Positions 12,790 through 26,616 are shown, numbered from the whole stretch's first letter. The stretch: DNA of 63,573 nucleotides, filler included, from Phoronis australis (GCA_002633005.1; 8 parts of 8 records of this genome joined end to end with filler, not necessarily neighbours in it), one strand, 5' to 3'. The notes: generated from the sequence alone by a model not told the origin. A program made the numbers and translations.

Positions 12790-15700
12790 ATGTATATGTA
12801 TCGTCTAAATCTATATAAGCCCTTCACAGAAGACCAACATACAGCAGAGTGAAATACATACACAAAACATATCGAAAGTGACATAGATGAATTTATTGCG
12901 AGACATTATTCTGCTGATCAAGCGACACCAAACTAAAAGAAAAAACGTGACATTTCCTCGGTTTTTAGGCAGTTTCAATTACCCAATCAACTATAAAAAC
13001 GACTGTCGGGCGATTTGGGCATCTTTCATTCAACAAAAAACGTCTGTACATGTTTGAGTTTTTCAGGGAACACTTCATCTTTAAATGTTTTGGATTGGAC
13101 CCAGATGTCTAGATTTGTACCCTCATGACCCGCTTTTAATCCAATTGTTCCGTTTTTTCGTTGTTGAACGTTGACCGTGACAGCTACGTAATAGGTGTCC
13201 AAAAAACCACGTCTCTTGTGAGTCCACTTCCTTTAGTACATTGCAATCATAAAAAATTAATTTTGTTCCACTGTGTCTTGTTTACGCTAGCATACACTAC
13301 ATACATCAGGATCAAAAACTTTTATTTTCTGAAGGAAATAGTTGATTTTTAAGCTTTTATGAAATACGTGCACCGCAAATAGCGAGATGATTTATCCACA
13401 TTACATGTACCTTTCAAAACTCCGTGCTGGATTCTGCACACTTTCTATTGATTAGAAATATTTTAATTCCAAATTCGGAATAGAACCTTGTAGGAGATTA
13501 TCGTATTTTTGGTCAACATCACTGCATTAAGACTACAATGGTGTCAAACCTCACCAAGAATCAATTAATTATGATATATTAACATGTATAATTTTGGATG
13601 AATGCCTGACTAAATTATCCATAGCAATGTGACGGAGTCATCTTCTTAATCTTTTGTCGTTGTAGGGTAGACATATTTTGAATCAGGTGTAATGGCTTTG
13701 CTGTTCATTTTTATAAAACCTTTCTGATTTATTTCCTTTTTTATGTTAATATTTCTCGCTGCTATTTTTCATTTTTTGGCAACACTCTTGGTTTTTAAAA
13801 ATGATAAAAAATAAGCCTTAGTCTCGTACGCAAAATGATAATTGATGAATTATTTTTTTGCTTCTCATATAATCGTCAAAAATGACAATGGGCTTTCATG
13901 TGATATGGCAATTTGGTTGAAAAAATGACGGAGTTGCAAAAAGTTTTAATGCCACACACTGGAGCAAAGGAATGCAAACAACTCTCACGCAGGCGCAGCG
14001 TGCAACCTCAGCGGCTGTGTGATAGGGGTCGGCATTCCAGGGAAAGATTTCTTTGTATTGCAGTAGCACTATTAAGGCAGATTTGGTGATTCTGCCTGTC
14101 CAATAACCAGGATTGTTCGCTAGTAAATAACCATTTGTATGAAATTAAATGTATTCATTTAGCGGTCCCAGTTAAACAGACATGCTTTTGATACAATAAC
14201 CGATCTAAATCCCATTGGATGCATAACAGAATTGTGCCCTACAAGGCATTATGGAACTGGCAACTATAAATGTTTCTTAGCCTAATTCGAATACAATAGA
14301 CAAAGCGTCAGGAGTTTAATTTTCAACTTCTTTTGTTGAATCATTTTCATTTGACTACAACATATTGCAACCACTGTCTGTTGAGAGGCCTCAACCTCTA
14401 CTGGTTAACCTTCTATATGTATGTGTATCGTATATATGTATAGAACCCCTTCACAAAGGACTGACATGCAGCACAGTGAAATACATACACAAAACGTACT
14501 GAGAGTGGCATAGATGAAATTATTGCGAGACATTAATCTGCTTATCAAGAGACACAAAACTAAAAGACAAACGGGCATTTCATCGGTTTTTAGGCACTTG
14601 CATTGACCCATTGAACTCTAAAAACCGCTGTCGGGCAGTTGGGCATCTTTCATTCAACAAAAACCACTGTCTGTACATCTTTGTGTGTTGCAGGGAACAT
14701 TTCAACTTTAAATGTTTTGGCTTAGACCCGGATGCCCAGCTTTGTTCCGTCAAGTCCCGCTTTTGATTCAATTGTGTCCAAAATAACAATGACTCTTTTA
14801 ATTAGTATTGTTGTTTTCCAGAGTCCACTTTCTTTAGTACATTGCAGTCATCAAAATTAAATTTTGTTGCACTGTGTCTTGCATCAGGATCAAAAACTTT
14901 TATTTTCCGTAGGAAATAGTTGATGTCTATACTTTTATGGAAAGACCTGCACTGTAACTCGCGTGATGACTTATCCACCTTAGATGTACCTTTCAAAACT
15001 AGGTGATGGATGCTGCATACTTTCGATTGATTAGAAAACCTTTACTTCCAAATTTGAGATAGAAATTTGGAGTAGCTTATCTTGTTTTTTTGTAAATATC
15101 ACCCCTTAAAGATTGTATTTGTGTCAAACTGCACCAAAATTCTAATTAATTATAATATATTAACAGTCGTAATGGTTTTGCTGTTCGTTCTTATAACACA
15201 TTCCTGCTTCATTTCCAATTTTATGTCAATATTACACGCTGATATTTTTCATATTTTGGTAACACTTGGTTTTTAGAAACAATAAAAAATAAACTGATTA
15301 GTTATGTCAGTAGGTCAGTTACTGTATCTATGTTCAGTTGAGAGTAGAGTTTTGTTCCGAAAGTATGAACGCAACGGAATAAAGACTGTGAACAATGAAA
15401 AGTGTCGTGCATTTAACAGATTCTGTATAGTTATGCAAAATGTTTTTTTTTTATTTTCTTGCTTCTATTATAGTAATCAAGAAGTGACAATGGGCTTTCT
15501 TGTGATATGACAATTAGGTTGTAAAACGATAGAGTTCCAAAAAGTTTTAAGGGCAGCAAACCCCGTTACACACAACGGAGCAAAGGAATGCAAATAACTT
15601 TCTCTGCAAGATCGGCTTTGTCATTCCAGGAAAAGATTTTCCTGTATTGCGTTAGTATTATTACGAGAGATTTGATTTTAACATTTAACTGCCTTTCCAA

Positions 15701-16100
15701 CAATCAGGATTTTTCGTTGGTAAACCACCATTGGTATGAAGTTAAAATAATTTCTTTAGTTAAACTTGCTACTGCTACTATTACCGATCTAAGTCTCACT
15801 GGATGCATGACAGCATTGTGCCCTACAAGGCATTTTGGAACGGACAACTATGAATGCTTCTTACCCTACTTGGATTATAATAGACACAGTGTCACGAGTT
15901 TAATTTCCAAATTATTTCGTTAGATTTTATTTCATTGTTTCAATGGCAAAAGTCAGTCGACTACAACACATGGCAACTACCGTCTTTTTGTTCGGAAGCC
16001 TCAAGGTTAACCTTCTTGGGCAAACACAATTGGGCAACATGACTTAAACGCATCACCCCTTACCGGTGTGATCGTAATAACCCCTCAGAAAGCAGTAAAG
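12790..16100 (+). repeat. Tandem duplication of a ~1.6-kb intronic unit (copies ~12790-14412 and ~14415-16100)
   Basis: Collinear shared strings (GTGAAATACATACACAAAAC, GGGCATCTTTCATTCAACAAAA, CATCAGGATCAAAAACTTTTATT, TGCCCTACAAGGCATT, GGTTAACCTTCT). Confidence 0.9.
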
Positions 16101-16498
16101 TTCGAGAAAAACGTGATTGATTTGTGCATATGTTTAGCAGACTACAGCGACAATTGGCAACATTACCTCCACTAAAATCATAAAGCGCAACAGACATTGT
16201 TGGTTGAGGGCTAAGATCAATCTAGCTTTAAAGCCTGAGAACCAAGTATGTATTCTCAGATGTAGAAACAATTTTTGTTTAATATGAATAACTACCACAT
16301 ACATGTATATTGCATGTTTTTGCCAAGAATTTTCCTCATCTTTTGATGTTATTAATGTTTGTCTTCTGCATCCTTGCTCAACTTCAGAGGGCAAAATGGG
16401 AACACATTAGACTAAAAATTGCCTTCAAAAGGATTTCTTACTTTAATTTTTTACTCTATGCAATCGCGATGTTAACTTGTCTCAACGTTTTTTCACAG

Positions 16499-16597
16499 GA
16501 CGGTCGTACCCCACTTCATCTAGCAGCTAATAGTAGAAGCAAAAGCATAGTAGAGTTGCTGCTAGAGCATAATGCCAATGTGAACGCCCTGGATAAG
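16499..16597 (+). CDS. Ankyrin-repeat exon (33 aa, phase 0-0)
   Basis: ttcacag|GAC...AAG|GTACAG, 99 nt; DGRTPLHLAANSRSKSIVELLLEHNANVNALDK is a canonical ankyrin repeat. Confidence 0.93.
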
Positions 16598-16637
16598 GTA
16601 CAGTAGTCATCGTGTGAAATATAAATCGACATACGAA

Positions 16638-18625
16638 TCAATATGTTGTAACATTGGGATTGTTGTAGCTCCATGCAGGCAAATATCGTTTCCTAAGGTC
16701 ATCGTAGATTGGGCATTCGATAACAAAATGATATTCTGACTCGACACATGTCCTAACACAAAGACGGCATAACCTTTCTGTTCTGCTAAGTTTCAAGTGT
16801 CTACCCTTTTCAATCATTAGTGCATGCGCTGAACATCTCAATCTTACCATATCAGATCTATCATTTACATTGTCAATTACGTCTAAAGAGTTTTCAAAAC
16901 ATATATTTAACTTAAAAGTTCTGCAAGTTTCCAGCTTAAACGAATTGTTCAAAATATCTTGCCATTTTTGCTGATCAATATCTTTGCATCTTTGTTTAAA
17001 AAGTGATATGAAGCTTGTCTCAGAACCTACATCCTGATAATACCATGCTTCTCCAAAACCAAACTAAAATAGCAATTTCTTAACATCATTAACCCAGCAC
17101 GGTTTATTAACATTTTCCGTCATATTGTACTGCCATTCATAGCAATTTTAGACTCATCGGTTCTTAATAGTTTTAACCATTATGTCCTAATTCTAGGAAG
17201 TCGGTAAGCAATCAAGGAGTAACGACCCATCTCACCTCTAGCAGTCGATGAAATTGCCGTGCTAGGCAAATTTAAAATTTCTTTACAAAATTTTATGTGG
17301 ACTATTTCAATACATTCGTAATCACTAAAACCCCAGATCTCACAGCCATAATGAAGTATCGGCAATGTTTTAAACTAACTTCAACAGGGAGTGCTTTAAA
17401 ACCATTGACATTTTTTCTCATTAAATTCACTGCCTTAGTAGCCTGTAATGATAGTGTTTTCTGTGCGCAAGACGACGAACCTTTCGTAGTAAATATTAAT
17501 CCTAGATATTTATATGCATTTACAATATTATTGGGGACAAATAAAACAACAAGAATAATGTATATTTTAAGTTGTATTGGGAATTTCAGGGTCACAGCTC
17601 TACAAATAACTATTTCACAGAAGGAACCAGATGGGTTCCTTAATTACAAGAGATAACACACACACACATTTCCGATACCCAAAGTACAACTGAGTATCGG
17701 ATGCTAAGTGGCACAGGTTAGCGTAGTACCAAATGGGTACATAATACCAAATGGGTATTGGCTGATTGCCTACCAACTGGGTCGAGCAAAACGGCAAATT
17801 CAATAACAAGAATCAATTGGGTACAAACTGCCAAATGGGCAAATATCATATAAAGTACCAAGTGGGTACACCAAACAGCCAACTGGGCTATAACAACCTG
17901 CAAAGCAGGGTTCCGGACAAGCTGAGTTAGCAGACCAGCCGGAGTGATAAAAAAGATATTGTAAGGAACGTGGTGTTGTGGCTCAGTATGTGCCGAGAGC
18001 TGTGACCGGGGTTGAGAGAAGCAAGCTGCAGTGATGGATGCTCGAGTACAGGTTGGGTCGCTAGCCAATGACGTCGGTTCTTGCCAGACGGTATGACGCT
18101 CCTGGCCTGAAGAAGGTACCAGCAGGGACTGCAAAAACAACAATAACCAACAGCAGATTTTGTTCGACGAAAGGGAGAGAGTGTGGGAAAGGTATGAAGC
18201 GGTTGAGAGGAGATGTCGTGGTACCCAGGGTAGGGAGGGTGGGAGAAGTATACAATTGACTAATTAGGACAACTTACGAGTGAACGTACTGTTGCTTGAG
18301 GCTGGGCCAACAGGAAGCTGGAGAGAAAGAACAAACAGCGCTACCATCGGACTTGGTAGGAACTAACTAGGAGTTGGATATGAAGCATGAAGGGCTGTAT
18401 AATGTTATTTGCCCAAATAATAGGATTTATGTCAGAGTGCCATAAATCTCATTAACAATATTCCCATCATACGTCCATTTTTCATACGATCGTAACATTC
18501 CACGTTTTCTGAAAACAATTATCTTAGTCTTCGACATGTTAACAATCAATTTCCATTTCTGACTATACTCATATAAAATGTTCAATTTTTTCTACAGTCC
18601 TTTCACACTATAAGAAAATAAAACA
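16638..18625 (-). mobile_element. Degenerate, 5'-truncated non-LTR retrotransposon (RTE-X-like LINE, RT C-terminus and CCHC-like region), split by a nested insertion
   Basis: Frameshifted peptides KWKLIVNMSKTKIIVFRK..WTYDGNIV / IVNAYKYLGLIF / PILHYGCEIWG..RGEMGRY / RLCRLC..VESEYHFVIECPIYDDLR. The clade assignment is an inference. Confidence 0.88.
17531..18450. mobile_element. 920-bp non-autonomous insertion nested in the LINE (Helentron/HINE-like ends)
   Basis: Flanked by ATTA (17527-17530 and 18451-18454). Removing it restores the RT frame GNIVNIVNAYKYLG. It has an imperfect subterminal inverted repeat and a terminal hairpin. Confidence 0.7.
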
Positions 18626-18627
18626 TG

Positions 18628-20160
18628 CATACATCAGGATCAAAAACTTTTATTATCTGAAGAAAATAGTTGATTTCTAAGCTTTTATGAAATACCTGCA
18701 CTGCAACTAGCGTGTTAATTTATGCACATTACATGTACCTTTCAAAACTCCGTGCTGGATTCTGCGATTTTTCTATTGATTAGAAATACTTTAATTCCAA
18801 ATTCGAGTTAGAAGCTTGTAGGAGAATATCGTATTTTTGGTAAATATCACTGCATTAAGAAAATAATGGTGTCAAACCTCACCAAAAATCAATTAATTAT
18901 AATATATTAACATGTATAATTTTGGATGAATGCCTGACTAAATTATCCATAGCATTGTGACTGATTCATGTTCCTAATCTCTTGTCTCTTTAGGTTAGAC
19001 ATCTTTTGAATCAGGTGTAATGACTTTGCTGTTCATTTTTATTAAAACTTTCTGGTTTATTTCTGTTATTGTTAATATTTCTCACTGCTATTTTTCATAA
19101 TTTGGAAACGCTATTTGTTTTTAGAAATAATAATAAATAATTTAGTCTCGTATTTAGTCTGTTATTTATGAAATATTTTTTGCTTCTGGTATAATCGTCA
19201 AAAATGACAATGGACTTTCTTGTGATATAGCAATTTTGTTGAGAAATGACGGAGTTGCACAAACCGGATCAAAGTAATGTAAACAACTCTCACGCAGGAG
19301 ATGCGTGCAACCTTAGCCGCTCTGAGATTGAGGTTGGCATTCCAGGGAAAGATTTCTTTGTATTGCAGTAGCACTATTAATGGAGATTTGATTTTAACAT
19401 TTGCGTGTAACCGATCCGTGGGCGTTGGCGACCCTGCCTGTCCAAAACCAGGATTTTTCGCTAGTAAATAACCATTTGTATGACATGTATTCATTTAGTG
19501 GTCCCAGTTAAACAAACATGCTTTTGATACAATAACCGATCTAAATCCCATTGGATGCATGACGCATTATGCCCTACAAGGCATTTTGGAACTGACAACT
19601 ATGATTGTTTGTTACCCTAATTGGATTACAATAGACACAGCGTCAGGATTTTAATTTTCAACTTCTTTTGTTGAATTATTTTCATTGCTTGAATGGCAAA
19701 ATTCATTTGACTACAACACATTGCAACTACTGTATGTCGAGAGGGCTCAATCTCTACTGGTTAACCTTCTTGAGCAACACAATTGGGCAACTTGACTTAC
19801 ATATATATATAAGTGGACGCCACTCTCAGAAAACAGTGAAATTTAGTAGAGCCGGGCCATTGGTAGCCACTTGGGAACTGTTTCCGTGACAACGATAGCG
19901 GGCTCACAATGCGCCAATTCAGATCACGTTCTTACGCCATTTTCTGTTTTCAATCACCAGACTTCAGCCAGAGCAAGCTCGCGTGTAGGTATGTCTTATG
20001 GGAAAGTCACTCAGCGAGTCAATAAGATTATAAAATATGAACAAAATGAAAAAATGCCTAAATTGCCACAGGTCGTGAGTCGAGGGAGCATAAATCGGGA
20101 GGGGGGGGTATTGTCTACGGGTGTTGTTGTCGAGGGGGTTGAGGGGGCTTTAGAGAACAA
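18628..20160 (+). repeat. Third partial copy of the intronic unit (~18628-19840), followed by a copy of ~11340-11620
   Basis: 18628 onward matches 13301 onward (ATACATCAGGATCAAAAACTTTTATT...). About 19880-20010 matches about 11375-11495 (TTCCGTGACAACGA..TTCTTACGCCA..GTCTTATG..AAAGTCAC). Confidence 0.88.
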
Positions 20161-21759
20161 TCCGTAGAATACATGTATGTCCTAAAATGCAAAAGTCCGG
20201 TCATAATTACGTACAAATTTTGTAATCTTAAATGCAGTCCACACACAGGCCTATCCTAGAACAAGTAAGTCCTGAAACGAGTTGCCGTTATCGTAGGTTG
20301 TAAAATGTGTGGACGCTATATAAACTGTCTAAAAATACTTACCTCGCTACTTACTCCACGTTTTCGGTGTAGGCTAACTAATGTTCCTACGCAGCTTTTA
20401 ATGTTTGTGAGGTCGCAAAGTATGGTAAAACGTAAGTAATTACTAGTTTCGTATTCTTGTCAGCTGTACATTGTCATGCACAGAGCGACAACTTCCCCCT
20501 TACCGTTGTTATCGAATACATGTATCTGCGTGAATCTGCTTCTTCTCGGCTTAAAAGTCGGATCAGTTGCACTTGTGCAAATTATTATGGAATATACTGA
20601 GTGCAGGTGAGACTGTATGATCAGCAGATTTTGATACACTTTAAAACGTCAAAGTATTCATCACGTCGTTAATCTGTTTTTTTTAAAGTAAAGACATGCC
20701 AACGAAAGGATATAGCGCAAGTTATCTACAGTAACTGTGATCCTAAAATCAGAACATCTCATTCACACGAAAGTTCTCGAGAAATTTGCAGTGCCATTCT
20801 ATGTGAACTACCCATGTTGCGCATACTGTATATTCGTTCATACCATTAGTCATCCGTATAGTTAGGAGACCCAAATGCCCCATGGGTAATGCAATGGCTC
20901 ATGAGAGATATGCGAGAAATAAATTTTACTCGAGAATGCGTTGAATTGTTTTGGTCTATTATGTCTTACATCAGTCACAAATTCAGTGAGGTTCACCTTC
21001 TTTCCTCTCGCTCAAGTTACTATTTCCATTAAATGTACTAAAATTACACGTGTAGGTCATGTAACCTCACTTACATGTGCAGTGATTGCTGCAATTTTTT
21101 CAATAGTACATCTAGGTTATAATTCTGTAAAAAATTACTAAACTTCCAAGGAGTTATGTTCGACGGAGTTGAAATCTTTAATTGTTAATTGCCTCTTCTC
21201 CAAGTCTGTTTTGAGTAGTGTTTATTGCAATGGTTTAAACTTGTAATTGCCAAGGATTATACAAATTGTAGAAAGCGCGAATAAAGTTTTGGATTTGGGA
21301 CTGCATGGATCGAGTCCCCGTGTACATTTTGGTTCTTGGCCACACGTCAACATGTTGAAGTGAGGACCTTGTACGGTTTCAGATGTGTCAACAGTTTTTG
21401 TTGAATCCACAATTTTACATCATGGGTCATATTTTTAGCCTTCTAGTGTGAAATCAATCATAGATATTTTACGATTTGTTTGCAGCAGTGAATATATGTT
21501 TGATGCAAGGGTCCCCTACATTGGGCAATTGTTAATAACCTGCAATCCGTGCAAAACACGAACTTTTTCCTTAAAACATTTACTGCTACAAAATTTGTGA
21601 CAATTAGTTCTTCTCATCCCGCATGAGAATTGTACACGTATTACAAGCTGAAGGCGTGAACGTATCACGAAGCAAAGCCATTCTCTAAGGGCATTACTGA
21701 CCATTTGATGAGGAGTGACCTTACAAAAGAAAACATGGACAATGCATGGGGATATGGAG

Positions 21760-21895
21760 TTGTGTGCATCATTGCAAATGTGCAAATATTTTATGACGAG
21801 AGTAAAATTGAAATTAATAAAACTTTCGCGTTCAACTCCCAACAAGACAAGGACGTTCTGCAACATGATATGAAGAGATTACAAAATGAATGTTC
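21760..21895 (+). mobile_element. Possible ancient CR1/L2 RT relic
   Basis: NVQIFYDESKI..SQQDKDVLQHDMKRLQ resembles RT 'LFADDTKI..LQ.DL.RL'; heavily degraded. Confidence 0.3.
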
Positions 21896-23137
21896 CGTCC
21901 TTGACATTACTGTGCACCTTTATATTCCTTCCACGCCCGTCTTATCCCAAGTCTATACCCATATTACATGAAGCACGTTTCGCTGAAATCTGCTGCTGTT
22001 TTCAAATAAACCATCCCGCCGAGAAACTGTTCGTCATAAATGTTTGTTGTGAACACTATGGGTTACAATATTAGCTGTTGGATTTTCGTTTTGAGAATTT
22101 TCAAATAGCATATTTATACGTGATATCAGACCTAATTAACATTTTAAATAAAACCTGATTTTAAAGGTTAAGAAGATAGCTTGCTTGAGTATAACACTAC
22201 TTCATTGATATATTCAAATTAAAAAGTATTGAGTATTAATTGCACATTTGGCTCTCGACAGTGAAGTATCAAAGACACATGACGACGGTATCGTTCACTT
22301 CGTACATGTATGAAATTCAATCCGGAAATTTTATCAACAATACTCTCATTCTTACAAATTAACAAGAGCTCCCACGACAGATCAAGACTGGGATAAACAG
22401 TCTAAACATGTAGCAGTTACGTAAATAGCAAGGGTAGGTTTATTTCAGACAACTTGAAATGACTTCTTCATTGATGTTTTTTGGTATTGTGACGTACTTT
22501 TGCAGTGAAGCCTTATTTTTTCCAAAAAAGTGATGGGAAGGTGGGGCTGGAAGTGGGAGGCAGGATGTTGTGAAAGTGGCAACACGCCATTGTTTAAGAA
22601 TTCTGATACTGCAATGAAACCGAAGCTGTATCAAAGGGTTGCCAGTGGAAAATGAAATTTCTATGTTTTTTGGGCGTACAATGTTATAGGATTGTGGCTG
22701 CAAAGTCAAATGAGATTAAGCGATTAAATAGCTTCGCAGATTGGAATCGCAAAGTGCAAAGAAGGTCCTCCTTTTCCAAAACAACCAAGTCCTTCCTACA
22801 TGTAATTCATTGTTGTTTTTAATTTTGTCCACGTCAGATGTTACATCCTACACTTAGCAATCCGTAACACCTGCTGAAGAAAGTTTTCCTTTAGAAGGCG
22901 TTTTATTTGAGATTTTTTTGCAACATCAATTCTTTAAGCAAACATAGAACTAGCACATTGGAATTTTTATAGAATATGTTTGCTAACTTACTGTGTTCTA
23001 TTGCGATGTTGGCGCAGAAATCGAGTAAATACCGTGAGCTTATGTCTGTAAATGCAGCACACTCAGCAACGTCCTTTAAAATGACTCCTTACTGATTGTA
23101 GATCACCCTGACTCAATACTTATTTTCTAATTCACAG

Positions 23138-23260
23138 AACGGTTGTACCCCACTTCACGCAGCAGCAGCAGAATCAGTATCATTTCAGGGATATGATATT
23201 AACACAGGACTGGTAAAGTTGCTGCTAGAGCACAAAGCCAACGTGAATGCAGTGGATAAG
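23138..23260 (+). CDS. Ankyrin-repeat exon (41 aa, phase 0-0, with an 8-aa insertion)
   Basis: ttcacag|AAC...AAG|GTAGGA, 123 nt; NGCTPLHAAAAESVSFQGYDINTGLVKLLLEHKANVNAVDK. Confidence 0.9.
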
Positions 23261-26200
23261 GTAGGAAACAGGTATAGTGATGTGACAGGATTGAAACAAA
23301 AAACGACATACCAATCAGCCTGTTATATTTATCAATACTTTTTGTGGACATCAATTATTCTAAGACGCTCTATAATGCTGCACAGTGTAGTATGCCTTTG
23401 TACTTAATATTGGGAGCAATACATTATCAGTTTAGATAAGATTTTGAATGGTGGAGGTGGGAGGTTAAATTCATGGTGACGTCATCATGTGGTTTATTAG
23501 AATATCTCCATCACAGTATATATCATTGGGTCACTCGTTCAGCTATAGCAGAATCAATAAGTTTTTCGAAACCTGCTTTTTCAAGCTTAGAATATTTGGT
23601 TATGTTCCACTAGGCTTACCTTATAAACTTGTGCACAAACAAACGACAGATTTACTTCATCACTGCCTGTCACTGGGAATAATCACAATGATGAAAAGCG
23701 TAAAGGCTGGATCAGTTCTTCCAGCGTCAGACGCGTTCATGTTATNNNNNNNNNNNNNNNNNNNNNNNNNNNNNNNNNNNNNNNNNNNNTTAATTAATTA
23801 ANNNNNNNNNNNNNNNNNNNNNNNNNNNNNNNNNNNNNNNNNNNNTAGATTATTGGGGGCATTGTTGTGTTGATAAGTATCTGTTGCTGTTTAGTGTCTG
23901 ATGTTTTTGTTTAGAAACTATTTATTAACTATTTTTGTGTCTTCATTTTACATATATCCTTCTCTACCAGGTAATAACTCTCGGGGAAAAAATAGTCCTG
24001 AATCTTCTAAGGTCAGATAAAAAATAAAAAATCTTATCACTCAGGGCTAACCAGAAATTAATGGGGAAGGGGGTGTCGGTTGTTATTTTTTGACGTTGCT
24101 GGAATTGTCAGAGATCCGTTGGGCAAAGTTTGCCATGTGGGCCTGCATCTGCTGAACGACCTTGAAGGTTTAAAGTGCTTAAAATTACCGTCTACCTTGT
24201 TTTGACTAAAGACTATATTGCTAGGTCATTAAACCTTCAGTTATAGCACTGCATATCAAAATTGTTTATTCAATTTCCCAAATCGAGAAAATTGGAAAAA
24301 GGCGACTTCAGTTGAAAGTTTTTTAGCTCCACGGACACGAGTATGGCATATGCATTCACCTAGCACCACTGCGTCATGTCTGAGCACCCAAGTTTCTTAT
24401 ACAAACTTGTACCACATCCATGCTTCACTGATGTCCTGTGGTAAAATGAAAATAACCACAGAGTGGTTGTCACAACTATCATAGCCTTTATTATACCACA
24501 AACCATGGGGGAAAATGAGCTTCAGTATCTGACGACTTCACACTAAACACAATGGAGAATCTCTAATGCTGTTGTAACTGGTTATCTTGGTTCTACATAA
24601 TATGTATTAACCAGTAAAAGCTCGTGTTCAGTTAATTACGGTAATATACTGTCAGGTGTTCTGATTTGACAGCTGATCGACTGGTAGGGTTGTTGGTTGG
24701 TGTTTTTGATATGATATGAAAGTGGGAATTTTAAGCACTTAAATATCACGAGCGCGGTGCAGCCCTGCCACAGGTGTACTAGTACATACGGCATCAAGAT
24801 CTTACCTTGCAGACGATATGCCTCGCAGTTCCCGCATGTACATTGAAGGCGCGCACTCTGCCGCAGCACCATCTGATGATAGATGAATTTCCATGCTGTG
24901 TGCGAGTACTTGGCGTTACTGACGCTTGCGAATGGAATTTTTTTAATAAAAATGCAATGTGGCACATTTTCAAGTGCGGGTAGTGAAGATAAATTTGTCT
25001 GTTTACTGGTTCTGGCATTTATTGTCTAAGTAGCTGATTAAACTTATGCTGTCTTGTACCTTCCTTCGCACATGTAAAATAAATGTTGGCATTATCAGGT
25101 AATGTTTTAGTATAGATTCTCATATTTTGGGAAATTTTAAAGACATTGTGAACATACCGTACGGTACTACTTCTGTCAAGTAACTATTTTACTAGCCCTT
25201 TGCATTGGTTCTGTCTGTTACCATAGCAATGCAGCACAAAGTAAAAGTTTCAAAGAGGTCCTGTAGTATGGACCAAGGAAAATTGATAAGATTTTGACGC
25301 CTTGATAGAAGTTGGGAGAAAAATAATGAAACAACATGTCACTTAGTACTTAAGTTACGGTAACCCGCAGGTTTTGAACAAATGTAAACATCATTTGCTG
25401 GTTTTCGTAAAGATGTATTTTTTATGGTCTTCAGCTCACACTTTTTTTAACAGAAAATCCATCTTGTACGTCTTGTTTCCAACTGCTCAGCTGATTGGTT
25501 ACTTACATGCTGCACTGGATATTTTTAGTCACCTGAGAATGATCTTTAATATGGCGAGTAAATTCAAATTTTTACCAGTGGCAGGGGTTGTCTGTTAATC
25601 TCCGATGATGAGTTCTGATGGTGTTTTCAGTTATCGGGGTCACTACATAGGAAACTGTTTTTCAACAGATGTGAGGTACGGAAGTGTTGTCTCTTCCATT
25701 CAGAGGCGAAAGTGAGTTGTTATGACTGCTTCATAAGCTGAAGATCTTGTAGCGACTCCTGGTGTACAAAATCATAAGGGTATTAGCTAGAGTACAGACA
25801 CATGTTCTTAACCCATGAGGGTTCTACTGGTATGCATGTGGGCTATTAGTACCTTAGACAGCAGAAATTTCCATGTCTCAATTTTAGGGCCGAATATCTG
25901 CCTCATTGCTCACTGAAAGCATTTAAAAAAACATGAAATTTCACTTGCCGACAAATGATAAAAATCCCCGTCCCCAAGGTTAGAACCACTTTCAAATTTC
26001 AACTGGTGTTTTGTGTCGTTAGTTTATAGTGTAAATAAACCATTACAGTGTTCATTAAGCATGGTGTTAAATTAAATTCTCTCTGCTGCAAATTGATTAA
26101 AGAACTCTTTCCCGTGGTTACAACTGTGCTGTTAAATACAGCATTGGGTTTTGGGTTAACTATAACCACGAGCAAATCACCCTTGCAAATGTGTATACTA

Positions 26201-26462
26201 CTGGCATGTTTTCATTTAACTTAAGTGCTAGCCACAATGCCAACAATTTAGTTAACACATGAGGAGTTATCTTCAGTCGCACTAGTGACTTGGTGGATAA
26301 TGTTCATTCCCTTGACTAGCTCTGTGTGTATTTTCGTTTCCTCTGTTTTGCGTTCATTAGGCCCTTCCTGGGTAGAAAAATCCAATGCATGACTGACCTG
26401 CTTTTCAAAATGTCCTCGACTCCTGAGCTGATTAACTAGGGAATCATATCGGGTACTGATAT

Positions 26463-26616
26463 ATAGATTATTACATGGCGAAGTCGTTATCCCCTGTTAT
26501 CTAGAGCCCTCGTGGATTTTGGAGAATTATCGCCCGAGGGGCATTAGCCCCGAGGGTGATAATTCTCCAAAATCTACGAGGGCTCTAGATAAGGGGGATA
26601 AGGGCTGAGAACATGT
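26463..26616. mobile_element. Long palindromic repeat, copy 2
   Basis: Near-identical to 1502-1660 (TAGATTATTACATGGCGAAGTCGTTATCCCC...GGGGATAAGGGCTGAGAACATGT). Confidence 0.85.

Noticed and set aside
24806-25770. Exon-like patches with a GTAAGA donor and a stop-interrupted frame
   Set aside because: There is no clear acceptor, no recognisable family, and no match to the expected A1CF/RBM47 C-terminal sequence.
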